Origin: Fimicolochytrium jonesii
Lineage: Eukaryota
Reading direction: 5' to 3'
Assembly (NCBI RefSeq): GCF_025526975.1
Contig: NW_026515686.1
Span: forward strand, 186,001-250,000
Length of the DNA: 64,000 bases
Shown: piece after piece, positions 1 through 13,957 of the stretch
How positions within the stretch are numbered: position 1 is the stretch's first letter
Layout: every line of letters begins with the position of its first letter
Notes under the pieces: generated by a model
Databases searched by the model: none
Told to the model about the DNA's origin: nothing
Seen by the model: the letters and a program-made list of their open reading frames with translations, nothing else
Program-made: the position numbers and the translations under genes

Positions 1-62
1 CATTGGATGATGGTGTGGATGCATGTTAAGGGGGCCTCGATCTGATGATCCTCGCGAAATAG

Positions 63-1247
63 AACCAAGGGGCGTATTCGCTCATCCCCCTCGTCCTTTC
101 GAAAAGGCTCCACTCGATATACACTCTACGGTTATTCAACGACACTGTGGCCATGCTGCCTCTGTACATATGCATCTTGGCCATGTCACGACGGAGGTGG
201 ACGCTTGCGACTGTGTTCTACAGGTATTTGATCCCGCCGAAGCCTTTGTCTGTCGCATTCACTAAGCAAGTTCATCTCATGTACCCAGTCTTGCTCTGTC
301 GATAAAAATGAACATCCTCTTATTCGCACCTGGAATGGCACTCCTAACCTATCAAGCTCTCGGGCTTCGGAAATCGATACGGAACGCTGGCATCGTTATC
401 GCAATCCAGGTACGTTGGCGAGTCACCCTGTTCTCCTCTGGGTCCGTCTTAACTGCAAGCGTCCACCATTACAGGTCGTCCTTGCCCTACCCTTCCTCAC
501 CACCCACGCGACGTCGTACCTCTGTCGAGCCTTTGATTTTGGCCGCGCGTTCTTCTACAAGTGGACCGTCAACTGGCGCTTTGTGGACGAAGGCACGTTT
601 CTGAGCCGGCGATTCTCACGGACGTTGTTGGTTGCGCACGTGTTCCTTTTGCTCGTGTTTCTTGTTAAGTGGTGTGCGCCGTTTGGGGGCGTTCGGAATG
701 TGGTCGCGCAGGGGCTTGCGAGGACATCAAAGACAGGAAGGAAGCCGCTTCCCGCAGAACGTAAGTTCATGGTCTTCCCTTCACTACCACAACTTCCCGG
801 GCTAAACCAGAAACTCCATAGATATCGTCCTCGTGATGTTCATCTGCAACCTTATCGGCATCACATGCGCGCGCTCGCTTCACTACCAGTTCTGGTCCTG
901 GTACGCGCATACTGTGCCGTACCTCGTCTGGCTGCCTGTAAGAAGAACGACCACGCCCGTCGGCGCCGGCGTTGGTGTCATCGTAAGGTGAGACGTCTGT
1001 CATAAGTTACAGACGGTTGCGTCGCTGGTCCATCTGCTAATCACCTGTCTTCATGTCTCTCCCGATGTTAAGAATCATCGCCTGCGTAGCACTTGAATAC
1101 GCGTGGAACGTGTATCCCTCGACGAACATTTCGTCGGGTATCATGCTGGCCGTGCATGCAGGGATGTTACTGAAACTCCTACTGGCGCCGCCGGTCGTTG
1201 TTGCGCCGACGCCTTCGCGTAAGAGCGAAGCGCCGAAGTTGTCGTGA
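63..1247 (+). CDS. ALG3: Dol-P-Man:Man5GlcNAc2-PP-Dol alpha-1,3-mannosyltransferase, 3' portion (5' exons lie upstream of the window)
   Basis: Spliced exons give the ALG3 motifs [58 protein letters not shown] and [14 protein letters not shown] introns at about 223-288, 410-475, 761-821 and 988-1072. Stop TGA at 1245-1247. Confidence 0.95.
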
Positions 1248-1603
1248 GGGGAGGGACAACCGGGCCATGTGGCTACCGTTTCATCTGCCTGCTAGCGCAC
1301 TGTACATAGAAACTCTCCATCACAATGACGTTTATCGACCTTATCACACTGTGCAAGTTGAGGGTTCATGTGTGCATATCGGCCTGCAAAACGAAGGACA
1401 CATGTGAAGCTTGTGAAGAAGCACGCGTGATAATGTCACCGCTCGTTTTCGAAGGCAACACAAAGTAAAGCCCAACAACTATTCCCAGAAAACCTTGGGC
1501 CATGAAGCATCCCTCGGCCTTCTGCCGGAGACATGCTTCAAAGTACTAAGCTTCAGAGACGCAAAAGCAGCGTGCGGTTAGGCAGCACCGAAACGTGCTC
1601 AAG

Positions 1604-4600
1604 ATGGCTGTTCAGGACGCCAAAAGCCTGGTCCTTTACTTGAAGCGCCCAGCGCTTTTCACCCGGAGCGACCAAGAAACATGGCTTTTGAACAAACTCA
1701 TGCGGGACTGGAATCCGGCGGAGCTGGAGGTAATGGACTTCTCTTGCTTGAATTGGGGCCACCGCCCGAGTCGCCAGGGTCTTGAGCATGGAGTGTGACG
1801 ATGATCTTAACGCCAACCTGACCTTGACAGGACGACATCATCGAAGTGGTAGATATCTCCACAGACGCCGACGTACCCTGGGCCCGGTCGAAAGGCCACG
1901 AAGACGCCGATGTGGACAGCCCAATATCTCCCGACACCTTCCAGGATCGATTGCAGCCCGACAGTGTTGTCAGCGGCGGGGAGACAGGGGATGCTCCAGA
2001 CGCGGAGACGGAACGGCTAGTCCGCCGCCCTGCTGGACAGCTTCCAAAGGATGGACGGAAGTATAGGCTGTTGCCGGATACGAAGATTTATACTTTTGCG
2101 GCCCGGTATCGTATCGCTTTTGTAGTCGATGTCTCGCCGTCGATGGCGATTGTGGATGATAGTAGTGGGAAGGCGAAGGTTTCGGTTTCTGTTGCGTTTG
2201 AAACGTAAGTATGGGGATGCGGGGAACATTTGATGCTCGGTTGCGTATTGTATGATGAGCTCACGAACAGGAGTTCCGGCTTTGACGATCGGATGTGAAA
2301 CTAGCTTGTGCAAATGTTTGGACGGGCTCTCGAGAGCTTTTTCCGTTGATAGCACTATTAGGCACGGCGCTTATCAAGTAGGTAGGCCTTTAGAATGGGT
2401 GTTGTGGCGGCGGGACAGACTCTCCCTTCAATGAAGACATATCAGAACTCATATGGTATCCGCCCGCTAGATTAGACCGCTTCTGTATGTAACAGTCAGC
2501 GCAGAATGTGGAAGTGCATTCATTCGTGGATCGCAGCATCCGTTAGCAGCCACGTTTGCGGAAACATTTCCGAGTCGTGTCCTGCTGCATCAAGTAGTCG
2601 TCACGCAGTCCAACCTGGCCCTGGTCGCAGAAAGGCTATATGACGCCCTGAGCGCCTACGAAAACGACTTTGTACAACAACGTCAGCGAGACACACAGGC
2701 CGCCGAAGCCACTGCTTTGCGATCGGACGTGATCAAGGAGGCAGATGAGGACGATGGAACGGATGCGGAAGTAATACCGGATATCAGGGATTCTGTTTTG
2801 AAAACCGAAGCGGGCTCCCCGAATATCCGTTCTGCGCGGCAATCGACTTACAAAGCTCTCAACACCGCGTTATCGGCTGTCGAGCTCATGCCGGACGATT
2901 GTTTGGCAGCCGTGGTACTCTTGACGGACGGCGTCGCTGGTGGGCAAGGCGCCGGGGAAAGTGTAGCGCAGAAGATACGTCGAGCGTTGTCATACCACAA
3001 CGCCGTATGCACAGTAATTCAGATCGGTTCGGAGGACGGGTACAACCCAGCCATCAACTTTGGCCACGTTCCCGACAACGAGTTCCTGCGGTTTCTTGCC
3101 GTGTGTGCCGCTGGAACATTCCTGTATGGCGCAGATTGCAACTACATGGATCCCGCCACCGGTGAAGAACTTTCAGCATATGCGTTTCCTCCTCGCCCAA
3201 ACTTCTACCATCGGCATCTGCTGATGCATCGTCGATTGTTGTCAAAGTTGTCCTCAGAGAATCCATCTCGCGTTGTAAGCAGAGGCACTCGGGACCGGCC
3301 AGTTGACTGCCCCCGCAATCGCCTCCTGCATACCAACGTCGATGTCAACCAGATCATCACACGCGAAGAGGCCTTCTATCCGTGGAAACCTAACAGCAAA
3401 CCCCCGGTCGTTTCTGAGATCCTCTGTGCATATCGAGACTATACCGTCAACGTCCCCTTGCAACACATCGTAGAAGCCCGGCTCCGGGACGGCTTTGTCT
3501 TGAGATGTGTTTCGGTGCATCAAAGGCCTAACCGACCTGCGAAGGTTGAGATCACGCTCACTCTGCCGTGGTTTCCTAACGTTACCGTCGTATACACCAT
3601 CAAAACCATCTGGCCTGGTCCGCATACCTCTGTGCTTACCAATCGCGCTCGGAGCAAAACGGCCCGCATTGAGTTGAATATCTTGGCTCCTCATGCATTT
3701 GCGGTGCTGTTTATCAATGTTCAGGATCTAGAAGCGAGGATCAGCGTTCCCCATTCTATGGAGGCTAAGCTAGTGGTGTTGCATCAGCATTTGAGGCGGC
3801 TGTGCGAAAGTGATGACGCTCTGAAGGTACGGATATTTGCCCCTTTGGCGCTCGACTTTACCACGCATAACTCATAGGTTTGTTCCATAGGTCGTAGCAT
3901 CATTCAACTCCCATTACGCGCTCTCTGCGGTTCCTGCCCATGATCAGCAAAGGCTCAATGAGACTGCGGAGCTTCCCCTCGACCTTATCCACGCTAGGGA
4001 CACCGCCGCTGCGAATGAAAGTCCAGGTGCGCAAAACAACTTCTGGCATGTCCTTGCACAGATCGTGGACCAGTACTCCGATGCTTTCCTTGAGCTATCG
4101 CGCTACGTTGTACTGCGCTCGACGTCAGGAGGAGGGGACAATATCCTATCGGCACGGCGACAAGTGGCGGCCATGTATCTTACGGATCACATCGCCTCTG
4201 AATGGCGAACGTTCTCGATTGAGAGTGGGATTCATGTCAAATTCGTGTATGACGAAAAGGAACCACGGCAGGACGTGGTGGATGAGGAAGGGTCACACTT
4301 TGACGATTTCCAGGAGGCACACGCAACGAGACCTACAGGCTTCTGCTTGCTGAAACTTCTCTGGGAGAACGAATGCCTCGTTCAACTTCAAGGCTTGTTC
4401 TTCAACGTCGAAGTCGACCAACGACAATCTATGATGGACGGCCTTGTCACAGCAATCGGCAGTATCGACCATTCGGTCCGGTTGTCAGGTGTTGCATTCA
4501 AACCACTCATTGTGTGCGACAAGCCCGTAGGCAGGCTTCTCGTGAGCTATGCTGGCGAGTTTGACCCCGGCGGCGGTCAGAGTCCTCATCGTGGGCGATC

Positions 4601-7600
4601 TCCTCAAGTGCCGGATTCTAATGACAGTGGGGGTGATTCCAATGACGATGCTGCCGACTCGCCATTGTTTGTCAATGTCAAAAAGGGTGTCAAAACGCCT
4701 CCTCAATCTATGTCGCCTGACAGCAAAATGCGACACATTTTCAGTACGATTCGGGACATTCTTGTTCCTCAGGCGGTGCTGAAATCGTACCTCCGCCACT
4801 TCCGCTTTGTCTGGCTGGCGGATATCCCGTCTGACGCGATCGACCTGTCGCAGCGCGGAGGAAAAATGCGTCTCGATGAGCTGGTCTTCACGATTCTCTA
4901 CTACAAGCGACTACAAGAAGGTTTCGTGCCCGTTAGCGAGTCGGTAAACTCTATCACGCTTTATCGGGAAGCAAGACTTCCAAAGAGACGGGCGCGAGCC
5001 CAACTCACGTCCGGCCGTTCCTCAGAGGGTAGCGCTCGGAACAATATCTCAGATTGTACAAAGTGCGCTGTGCAGTTCGTACTTCTTCGTGATCCCACCT
5101 GTAATGTAGTGACAACGGAGCTATTCGTGGAGCCCATTGTGGATGGGCCTGCGGGCTCGGGCGCAGTCAGCAAGGAAAGCTTGGAAGACGTGCCGGTCTC
5201 GACCCTTTTCCGAGAACATTTCGATCACCTGAAGGAACGGATATTCGTGGAGGACAAGAAGGTAATCGGGAAGCTCTACGGTTTCGATCGTGTCCATGCC
5301 ATCGGTACGGCCGGTGGAGGGGATGCAATACTGAGAAGTCGGAATCCGCATCCGAAAAGTTTTGGATTACAGCGGTCTTCGACAATCGTCAGCACGCAGT
5401 TCAACCTCTGCAACGTGCTCAAAGATGGCTCTTTCGCGACTTTTGCGTATTGCTTTCCGAGAGTCGACGAGGAGATGGAAGATCTTACCGAAGATCAAAA
5501 CGCGATTCAAGTCGAAGATCCGTTCTTCCCTTCTCGCACAATGGAAGCAGTCACGGTTTCGTCATCGACGGGCCGTCCGCAGTCCATGCCTACTGCTCAA
5601 GGTGCCGCGGAGTCAGCACGCCTCACAGTCCGGCCTAAAAGGCACTCAGATGATACCGCTCAAATCCAACCCACTCAGGACGGCAACCCCAGCGCTGGTG
5701 CAACCCCGCGACGTCACCCACCCGACGGGGCTCTACACTTGTCCATACCGTCTGAACGATTGAACTTCCCGGTCACACTAACGAAGGAGAGTCCCGGTTC
5801 GTGGTCGACATTGGAGGCTGTCTACCGCGCCAGAAACGCTAGGGAGTGGGTGCGGCTGACTTTATGCAGCTACATGGAACGAATTCTGGCTAGGATCACG
5901 GACGGTGAGATCACTTCTTCCTGTGACCATCACGCACCTGCTGGGAGCTCTACAAGTCTGGGAGGTCTTGTCGGGACGAAGGGCAACTTTGGAAAGGACA
6001 AAGCGCATGACGATCTCCTACTTTGCATCAAGGCGGCCGTGGCCCATAGTGCATCCTCTGAGGCAACTTCAGGAATCGGAGGATTGCTGCTGACGGCGAT
6101 TTCTGACAGCAGATGTTATGTGAAAATACGAGACGAGAAGTCTTTCCTCGTAGTCTTCATGCCCATGTTGTCAACACAGCTTACCTTCCCCTCCCACCGG
6201 AGCAGTGTCACCACTGTACCGGCTCTTGAACAGGATCAAAACCATTCTCGTTTAGAGGCGGGAGACGCGCAGGAGGAGGAATGCACCCACTTGGCACTGA
6301 CGGTCATCGAATGCTTCAGGACAGCTCCGCCACATGGTGGCGTCCCTATCACAAGCACTGCACCATTTGAACCGCTGCCGATTGTAAAGACTTCAGGGGA
6401 GCACGTGGTAGTCCAGGCAGGGGGCATATCGCCTCAAGCCATTCAGTTGATAGCCACGGGTCCCACTTGTGCTCTTGCAACCTCCAGCATAAGTAACTTT
6501 GGAAGCGAAGGAAATTTGGAAGCACGTATATCGGACCTAGGAACGGCGTTCGTCAAACACATCAAGGATGGATACTACACCGCATTCACGAAGAGCGTGT
6601 ATGCTGCTCTGCTTGAGGGCTATCACGTCGACGCGATGGATGTAATTCAGGCAATCGCACCATGTGTTCAAACTAATATCAGTATCGATCTTACACGGTT
6701 CCTGAACGTGCGTATGCACAAAAGCCAACAGTCTCGGAAGCATGTTGATAACAAGTCGTAAGTACCTGCAGGAATATAGCATCATTCTTACATCATCTAC
6801 TACATTTTCATGCACTGAAACTTTGATTGTGGCAGTGAGGAGACGGATATTCAACGGCGATTCCGATTGCTACTCTCTGAGTGCCTGATGCCGATTCCGA
6901 AAGCCGACGAGCGTGATTGTGGCAATGTCTATTACTTCCGCCCGAAGTTGGCCAACGTTGGTTCTTCCCGAATCCATTCTGCACCGCAGACCGCACCGAT
7001 AGTCCCAAATCGGCTCCTCGCGAAAACTCGGCCGATGTCTGCGGTACCAAACCCGGCTACTGGGAAGGCCAGTCATCTTCCACTACACTTTGACTATGCG
7101 AACAGCGCTTTGGAGTCGGGGGCATCTCAAAGAGATTATCCGCTGGCCTTGTCGAGATTGTTAGAGTGTGCTGAGACGCCCCTATTCGTGAGGGTCGAAT
7201 GCACGTTTGCGAAGGAAGGGGGTTCAAACGAAGCAGAGCATCTTAATGTTCCCGTCACGGACCTGCCTACCTCTTACCCAGCATCGGTAATGTCCAAAAT
7301 GGAACATGTTCCTTTTACATCGACCGCTAGGGAAGCAGACCAGTCTACAATCGCGGATCGTGACTTCCCGCCCATTGCGCACGGGGAAGATGTGAGCCCT
7401 GGTGCAAGCTCGGACGGGATCTCCGCTTTCTTGCGACTCATATGTCTGACGGCGTTGCCCACTCGGCCATTCGAAATGGAGGGCTCTCCGGGTCGCAAGA
7501 ATGGCGGCGATACGGAGTCGCCCGATGTCAATCATTTTGGTGTTTCTCATGTAGATTCGGAGAAGCGCCAGGCTATCGAGAAAGTGACGCGTGGCATCGA

Positions 7601-10600
7601 ATGCTTGCTAGAGGATGAAATCATGCACTCCTTGCTCGGTATACGACCAGTCAAGCCATCTATCTTGCAACTCGTCGAAGGCATTTTGAGGAAGCGGCAT
7701 GGGGTTGACACGCAACCGATTTTGCAAGCGGATAAGCCAAGTTCGATACCGCCGTCGCTTGAGCTTGAACCGAGCATGTCGTTCAGTGTGCCGCTGTGCC
7801 TCGTCACGGGGTCAGTCGGCATGGAAATGTTTGAGGCTGAATTGAACGGTCTGGATATCGGTATCGGGACTGTCCACGTTTTGAGTGGTGTCTTCTATGT
7901 CCCAGATGAGGGTCTGAGAAGCTTGCATAGCGAGACATCCTTTATACCTGGGGATCTCAGCTTCGAAGAAAACGAACACAAGATCAACTGCGATGGTCCT
8001 GCCCATCATACCGAGGGTCACCCACCGGACGCACCCCAGAACATGTGTGAAGAAGGAGACAAACCGTCTGGGTCAGACTTCGAAGAGCATGAGGAGCAAC
8101 ACGAACCGCAATACTGGCTCATTGCAACCATCGTGGACCATTCAGTGCAGATGTATTTCTTTTCTAAGAATGTTGATCGGTACATGCGTCTCTCCATAAC
8201 GAGCAAGTTTCGGGAGGGCATCACAAACTGCTGTGAACGCATCAACCGAAAATACCTTCTCGATCAATTGAGTCAATCGCATTTGGCCAGGTATGTGAGA
8301 TGTGCACGAGTCTCTCTGGAGATTCAGATTCGCCTGTAAAGCTGACCGTGGTATTTGGGACTTCATTCAGTGAGTATCTTATACCGGGGACTCTCGAAGA
8401 AAGGGGAAACCCCCGAATGTCATCTGATGAACGCGACATCTATCGCGAAAGAATGGATGCCAGTCCGTCACCTCCGCACTACGGAGTCGAAGATCGGTTT
8501 CCTCCTGGGCGATTTGCTTGTTCCCTGGTCTTCCGCCATCTATTCCCGTTGCATTGGAGACTAAAACCACAACAGGCCCTGAACACCATTCTCATGGCTT
8601 TGCAAGCATTTGCGATCGGGAATCGGAGAGGAATGTTTGTCTTTGCTAGCCAAGATTTTACCTTCTACATGAAGATCTCAATCGAAGGGGGCGAAGTCGA
8701 CAAAACAAAGGATGGGAATGACGGAGGCTCTGAACCAGCGTATATGCTCCTGCATGATACGGACATACTACCTCGAGCAGCCCGCACCGGAGTTGAATCA
8801 CCGAAAGGTGCTGCCTCACCATTGATGAGGAGATCGACGGTCTCTAGTTTGGCAGCACAATCAGTCTCGTCTGCTGGCGGGTCAACGAGCAATCTGCGCA
8901 ATGCCGAGCACTTCCTTGCTCTTGATGTCTTTGGGATCGATTCTCCGGGACCTGAGATAACCAGAGAGTTTGTTTCCATGGTTCAGCTGAAGATCAACTC
9001 TCTTACGCAGCTGGTGTTGGGCTCATTCTTGGCTCGCAACGTGGCTACCAAACTCACACCGGCGGATCTGGATTTCATTCTGCCAACTGGCCGAGGAGTT
9101 CCACCCAATCGGACTCGATTCTTGCGCCTTCCTTCGTTCGTGCACAATCCGTACATGTTTCTGTTGCTGTGGAGGCAGCCACTTATGCAGTGGATGCATC
9201 TACTCGGGGGTGCCGGCGTCGTGGAAAGTTTGAAAGCGCGATATGAAGAGGCCTACGGATGGGCTGATCGCCAGAGCGAAAGCGAGCTGAGGTACGCACA
9301 AAGTCATCCCTGCATAATCTACGCTTGACTTTGAACCTTGCTGAACCCCGGCCGAACAGAACTGGGCCGAAAACCACAACATACGAGATTCAGTTCTCAG
9401 ACTTCGCATTCCTCTACAACTCCGTTCCTGCCAAGAACCTGACGCAGATGGAAACGGTCGTCGGACAGGGGATCGCCTGCGTATCCATGGCCTTACTTGG
9501 GGACACAGGGAAAGTTATGATTGAGGTTCCGGAGGTCAACTCCGATGAATCCCGGGTAGGAACCGACGCAGACCTTCTTCAACCTCTGGACCTCTTCAAA
9601 GAATCAAATTTGGGGATCGACGATCCTGAGGTGTCGCCTGGATTCAAAGTGGTCATAGAAGTTTGGCATCATGGCGGCATCAACGTCGAAGGCCTCTTTG
9701 CCAGTCTTGAAAGTGCTTTCAAGGATTCCCTGTTGGACTACGCCATCGAATCGACCGTCGAAAGTTTCCGAAAAACACTAACGGAGGGGAAGATGAGCAC
9801 TTCAATCCCGGATCCGAGCGTTACACGAGTGCAACAAAACTCCATTGTATGCGAATCTCCAACATCCGTCTCCACGCTTGACGACCAAGGCTTCTTGGGG
9901 ACCGAAAAGGATAGTCTTGCCGGTCCGGGATTTTCGCGGTTCTTTGCAGACATGTCCCAAATCCTCCTAAAGGCTGCGGAATGCCATTCTCCGACTGTCA
10001 AGCATATGATTTCATTAGCTACTCTCCCGGCGTGGATGATCGAAGGCTTTTTGGAAGAAATGATCAACGCCTTTGCAGGTACGGCTGTGATGGCCGCTCC
10101 ACTGCTTATGAAAGGATCAAGGTGCCGCGACAGTATGGACATAATGGACTTTATGCCATTCAAGCCTACGAAAGGAATCGCTGGGGAGTGGCAGGATCGA
10201 AAGCGGTCTTCAGGCACTGAAGAAAGCACATCGGCGGATCAGCCGTTGTTCGTCGTAGTGGCGGGATTGAAGGGGTTTGAGACTACGCTCAGCGCAAAAC
10301 GCTCCCTTTTGCGTGCGTTCGAACACCGGACAAGTTCCTTCGAATCTGACATTATGTCAACAAATTCACTGCCAACGGTAGCGGCCCCTGGAGTTCAGCA
10401 GAGTACACGCGGTCTAACTTACGATGATGCTGGCTCGGATTCGAGTACGGGCATCTTGGCGGCACCTCCGCGGCATAGACGCTCGCGTACTGGACAAGCG
10501 CAGATTTCTGTTGCCGGGAAGGCCACCGGTGACGATGCGGTCATGTACTCCGCTCAGCTGCATTCAGCCTCCTTGGAACTAGGTTCTCGCAGCAGTTTTG

Positions 10601-13600
10601 TGTTCACCGTCATTGAGCATAATCGTGTTGCGATATGGACATACAACTGGAAGCAGAGCAAGAGTGAAATGCTCTTTCGCCAAGTCTTAAGAATTCTGAG
10701 CTGGAATCACTTGAGAATCCAGTTTCTGGAGAAAGAGTTCAATCATCTTCAACATACGAATCCTGCAGGGCGTCTTCCCTTCAAGTCGCAGCGAGAAGAG
10801 GAGGCACCGGAGACCATACCCGCCAGCTACGGGGGCGATAACAAGGTCATGGCACTCGCTTCGCGCTTACAGCAGCGCATGGTCGCCAAAAGTGAAGATT
10901 ACGATGCATCCGCTTTGGAAGCCAGCGCTGCAACGGACGTTGACACGCTTCAACGGCACGCCGTGGAGTTCTTTGATTGGCTTGTGCGGCATATGGAGTA
11001 TGGAAATGGTTCCAAAAAAAGAGCACCGAATGCACCGATTGGAATCACAGTGCCCAAACGCGGATCATCCGGGAATGAAGCGGTCGGAGGGAATGGATGG
11101 TTTGGGACAGGGAAAGCCGAACCTATTGGGGCGTCAGATATGGGGAACATCCTGAGATCAGTGAAGTTGCTGCACTTCGTCAAGTATCCCCTGATTTTCT
11201 CGGACCTTCGCAATCAGCTTATGCGTTCGCATCATGAGTCCTCGCGCCCACCCAGCAGCACCGAATCTGATAATTACGAAAGGGACTTCCTCTCGCCTTT
11301 GAGTGCCCAAGGGGTGAACTTCGTTGCTCCCTCCTCGGCCGGAATTGCGTCCATGGATGATGAAGCCATACTCGCCTGGTACAACGGGATGTTGGAAGCT
11401 TACTTCCACGGCTACGTCGCGTACATGAAAAGCCTTGGGTTGGAAGAAGTTCCTGCCACCGGAGAGAGGACTTCAGGCTTTTCCCTCCCCGCCTCTGCCT
11501 CACCGCAGTACTGGATCTCGAGCCGTCTGAGCCTGAGGACAGACGTCACCTACCTGGTTCGTTGGTTCTCATCGGGCGTCATAATTGCGCAAGTTGGTGT
11601 GGATGGCATTTTTGGCTGCCTCAACCTGTACACATTGTCTTTTCCGGACCCCAGGGGGCCCCACGTCTCGCCGAGCGGGACAGAAGGCGCAATACAGGAG
11701 TTCACGGATGCATGCAATAAGCTCAAAGGCCTTGTGCATTTAAATTCATGTATGTGTCTTGTGGTCGATGACGGCCATCTCGGAGAGGTATTGTCGCTAA
11801 CCTGATACCCTAACAGACGCCTATGACTTCCATATCCGATACTTCCAAACAATTTTGGAGCGTCGCAACCGAATGCCCTGTCCGGTCGACATGCTGCTAG
11901 TTATGAAGGCTTTCTGTCTGTTCAACCCTCGGAAAGCCAATTTCGCACGGTCGCGCATTTACCGCGGTTCGTACTCCATTGACAACGGGCAGGTGTCTAG
12001 CTCGCTATTCCAGTACATCCTGAAGAACCCTCTGCGATATGGGTTTGCCCCGATCACTTTTCAAGGGCAGTCTATCGCTTGCTGCGTCTCTTCGGTCACA
12101 CCAGACTTCAGCCGCACAGGAAGCGGACACATGGACGACAAGCGCGAGCAGCCAGAGCATGTGTACACCATCATCGTCTACTCGACATGCGATGGCCCTG
12201 CAAGTGATTCGACAGGGACGCGATTGGACCAGCCGCCAGCACACCAGAGGAAAGCGAGTGCGGAGTCATCCAGCGCTACGAAACTCGATCTTCGGTATTT
12301 CCTTTTAGTTGTGAACGTCAAGACCCCATATCCCCACTCTTCGGTGGATCAACCTAGGATGTCGAGCATGGGCAGTGCTATATTGTATGACCCGTTGCAT
12401 GAATATCTTGCTGGAGGCTACTACTTGAAGGATATTGTGCGCAACGCGGAACGGAAGGTTGATCGTTTGATTGAGCAGGTATGAGGCGTTTACTAGCATC
12501 GCAGAGTTTGATCTGTCACGGGACTTATACGAACATCTAGGCAATGCGATATTATGGACGCGATAATCTGTGGCGTCAGCTCCTGAGAGGCCAAGATCCA
12601 TCTACGCTTGTGGGCATGAGAGGCGAATATCAAGAGATCACTCAGCTGACCGATGACGGGATCTACGAATGGACAAGGCTCTTCCTGGAAAAGATTGAGC
12701 CCAACTCGCGGCCTCTTTGCACCATCGATCCAAGTCTGACGGAGATGTTTACTGTCCCGTGCATACACTGGGTATCGCTGTTGAATCATCTGAAGTCATT
12801 CTACGAGCCATTTGCCCGGGACCTTTACGAGAGTCCAGACGGTCTCAGACGGCACCTGATCCTCTTCAATCGCCAAAACGAAGATTACTGCCTGCACTTC
12901 ATTCTGACTGCTCATAGGACGCCATTCGCCCAGCAGCCTACGACACAAGAGCCGCCAATGCAACACGACAACAGGAATAGCCAATATTTGTCGTCGCAGA
13001 GCTATCAGCATTCCCCGCTCTTCGGCAGCCTATCTAGCGGCGCCGGTGGCAGCGCACACAGACGAATGCCGAGCGTCATCAGCTTACCACCAGGGCAACT
13101 CGAGCTTCCAGTCCTTCGCCGTCGAGGATCAGTCGTGTCCAGGAAACGACACTCCACTGATGGTGCAATGGAGACTGATCACGCAGCTCGGCGGCCATTC
13201 AGCGAGCCAGCCCGCCTACCCGAGAGAACGGATGATCATAGTTCCCAGCATGGAGAATCTGAAACAGCGCCTGCCATCCACATCGAGCAACAGCCATCTT
13301 CGGCAACAAGTACCGGGCAGAACACAAACATATCACCGATCGCGCGGAACAGCAACCCCCTCCCAGTAACAGCAGCCTGTTGCTACCGAGAGGACATCAA
13401 CGACGTCACACCCTACTGGTTCGAGATCGAGGCGTACGCTGTTTCCCGCGAAGGCGTAGCAGACCAAGTCGAGCATGCCCACATAAGTGACGTGGTTTCC
13501 ACTATTTCGTCGTGGTTTTGGATGCAGGTGGCGTTCAATCGACCGCATCGGGGACCGGTGGCGGGTAACAGGGAGACGGGCGCCGTCAGGCAACGACTAC

Positions 13601-13725
13601 ATAATCAACGGGGCCCGTCGTCATCAGGGCGGGGGGCTTCGAGTGGGGTGGCGTCGTTTTTCCCGAATCCGTTCTCACATTCGAGATCGTCGTCGACGTT
13701 GACGGCGCAACATGAGGAGCAATGA
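1604..13725 (+). CDS. SZT2: SZT2-like protein (KICSTOR subunit), 10 exons, ~3802 aa
   Basis: N-terminal DAKSLVLYLKRPALFTRSDQETWLLNKL and RYRIAFVVDVSPSMAIVDDSSG...LCKCLDGLSRAF resemble the SZT2 N-terminus as I recall it, followed by vWA-like VVLLTDGV. GT-AG introns 1730-1830, 2205-2304, 2378-2470, 3827-3890, 6758-6835, 8291-8370, 9292-9359, 11750-11816 and 12479-12540 leave an 11409-nt CDS (multiple of 3). Confidence 0.85.
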
Positions 13726-13957
13726 GTAACATCGATTGCTTATTCCCTGTATCTACATTTCGCCCAATTTTCCTCGTATGATTCGTTTCTTGTAATTATC
13801 TTTTGACGTGAATATGCTATTATTACAGTACATACATCCACAGTAGGATGGGGACGGACGGAAGGATGTAGAGCATGAGGACGCAGGGGATGGGGCTCTT
13901 GACGATGAAACGGGTACCCAATCGCCATTGATGTGCAAACTGGGATGAGCGCTGAGG

